Positions 63,811 to 64,000 of a DNA stretch of 64,000 nt are shown piece by piece (the first letter of the stretch is position 1; every line of letters begins with the position of its first letter). Made by a program: the position numbers and the translations under genes. This DNA is from Lobosporangium transversale (lineage: Eukaryota): the NCBI RefSeq assembly GCF_002105155.1, contig NW_019029009.1, positions 372,001 through 436,000 of the forward strand, in the 5' to 3' direction. The notes beneath the pieces were generated by a model. That model saw nothing but the letters and a program-made list of their open reading frames with translations, did not search any database and was not told the origin of the DNA.

Positions 63811-64000
63811 CGATTGTCATGACGAGGGATCCATTGGCGGAAGGCAAGCTTGCACCTAAATATCATGGACCATACAAAGTCATGGCCAGAATAGGAAACG
63901 GTAGCTATACTTTACTAGATGCCACCAATAGTCAACTATTATGCAACTATATGTCCCCTGAGCAACTCAAATTAGTCACACAGGTACTTAATGCTCTAAG

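Overview
Eukaryotic, intron-rich fungal DNA with very dense poly(A)/poly(T) tracts. Gene content and style suggest an early-diverging fungus, probably Mortierellaceae (inference). Most of the window holds ordinary genes: alpha/beta hydrolase, SDR oxidoreductase, PARL-type rhomboid, secreted Ser/Thr/Glu repeat protein, CHY zinc finger, FMC1, long-chain acyl-CoA synthetase, PHO88/SND3, a C2H2 transcription factor, DPB2, a DUF2433-like metallophosphoesterase, EMW1/TTC27-like TPR protein, RRP3 and an SFP1-like factor. Two accessory islands interrupt them. The first (~3-17.7 kb) contains a ~7 kb near-palindrome of two head-to-head Crinkler (CRN header + P-loop NTPase + REase-like) genes, a Mutator-like MITE with a 9-bp TSD in one arm, a further CRN-like relic, an apparently intact DD35E Tc1-type transposon, and a decayed spliced Fanzor (eukaryotic TnpB-like RNA-guided nuclease) gene. 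That gene keeps RuvC-II, the zinc finger and RuvC-III but appears to have lost RuvC-I, and its 3' region, where an omegaRNA would be expected, carries a canonical-looking spliceosomal intron. The second island (~37-39.9 kb) holds a MULE transposase relic and a REase-like relic. Exon boundaries were read by eye and family calls rest on motif recognition, not database searches.
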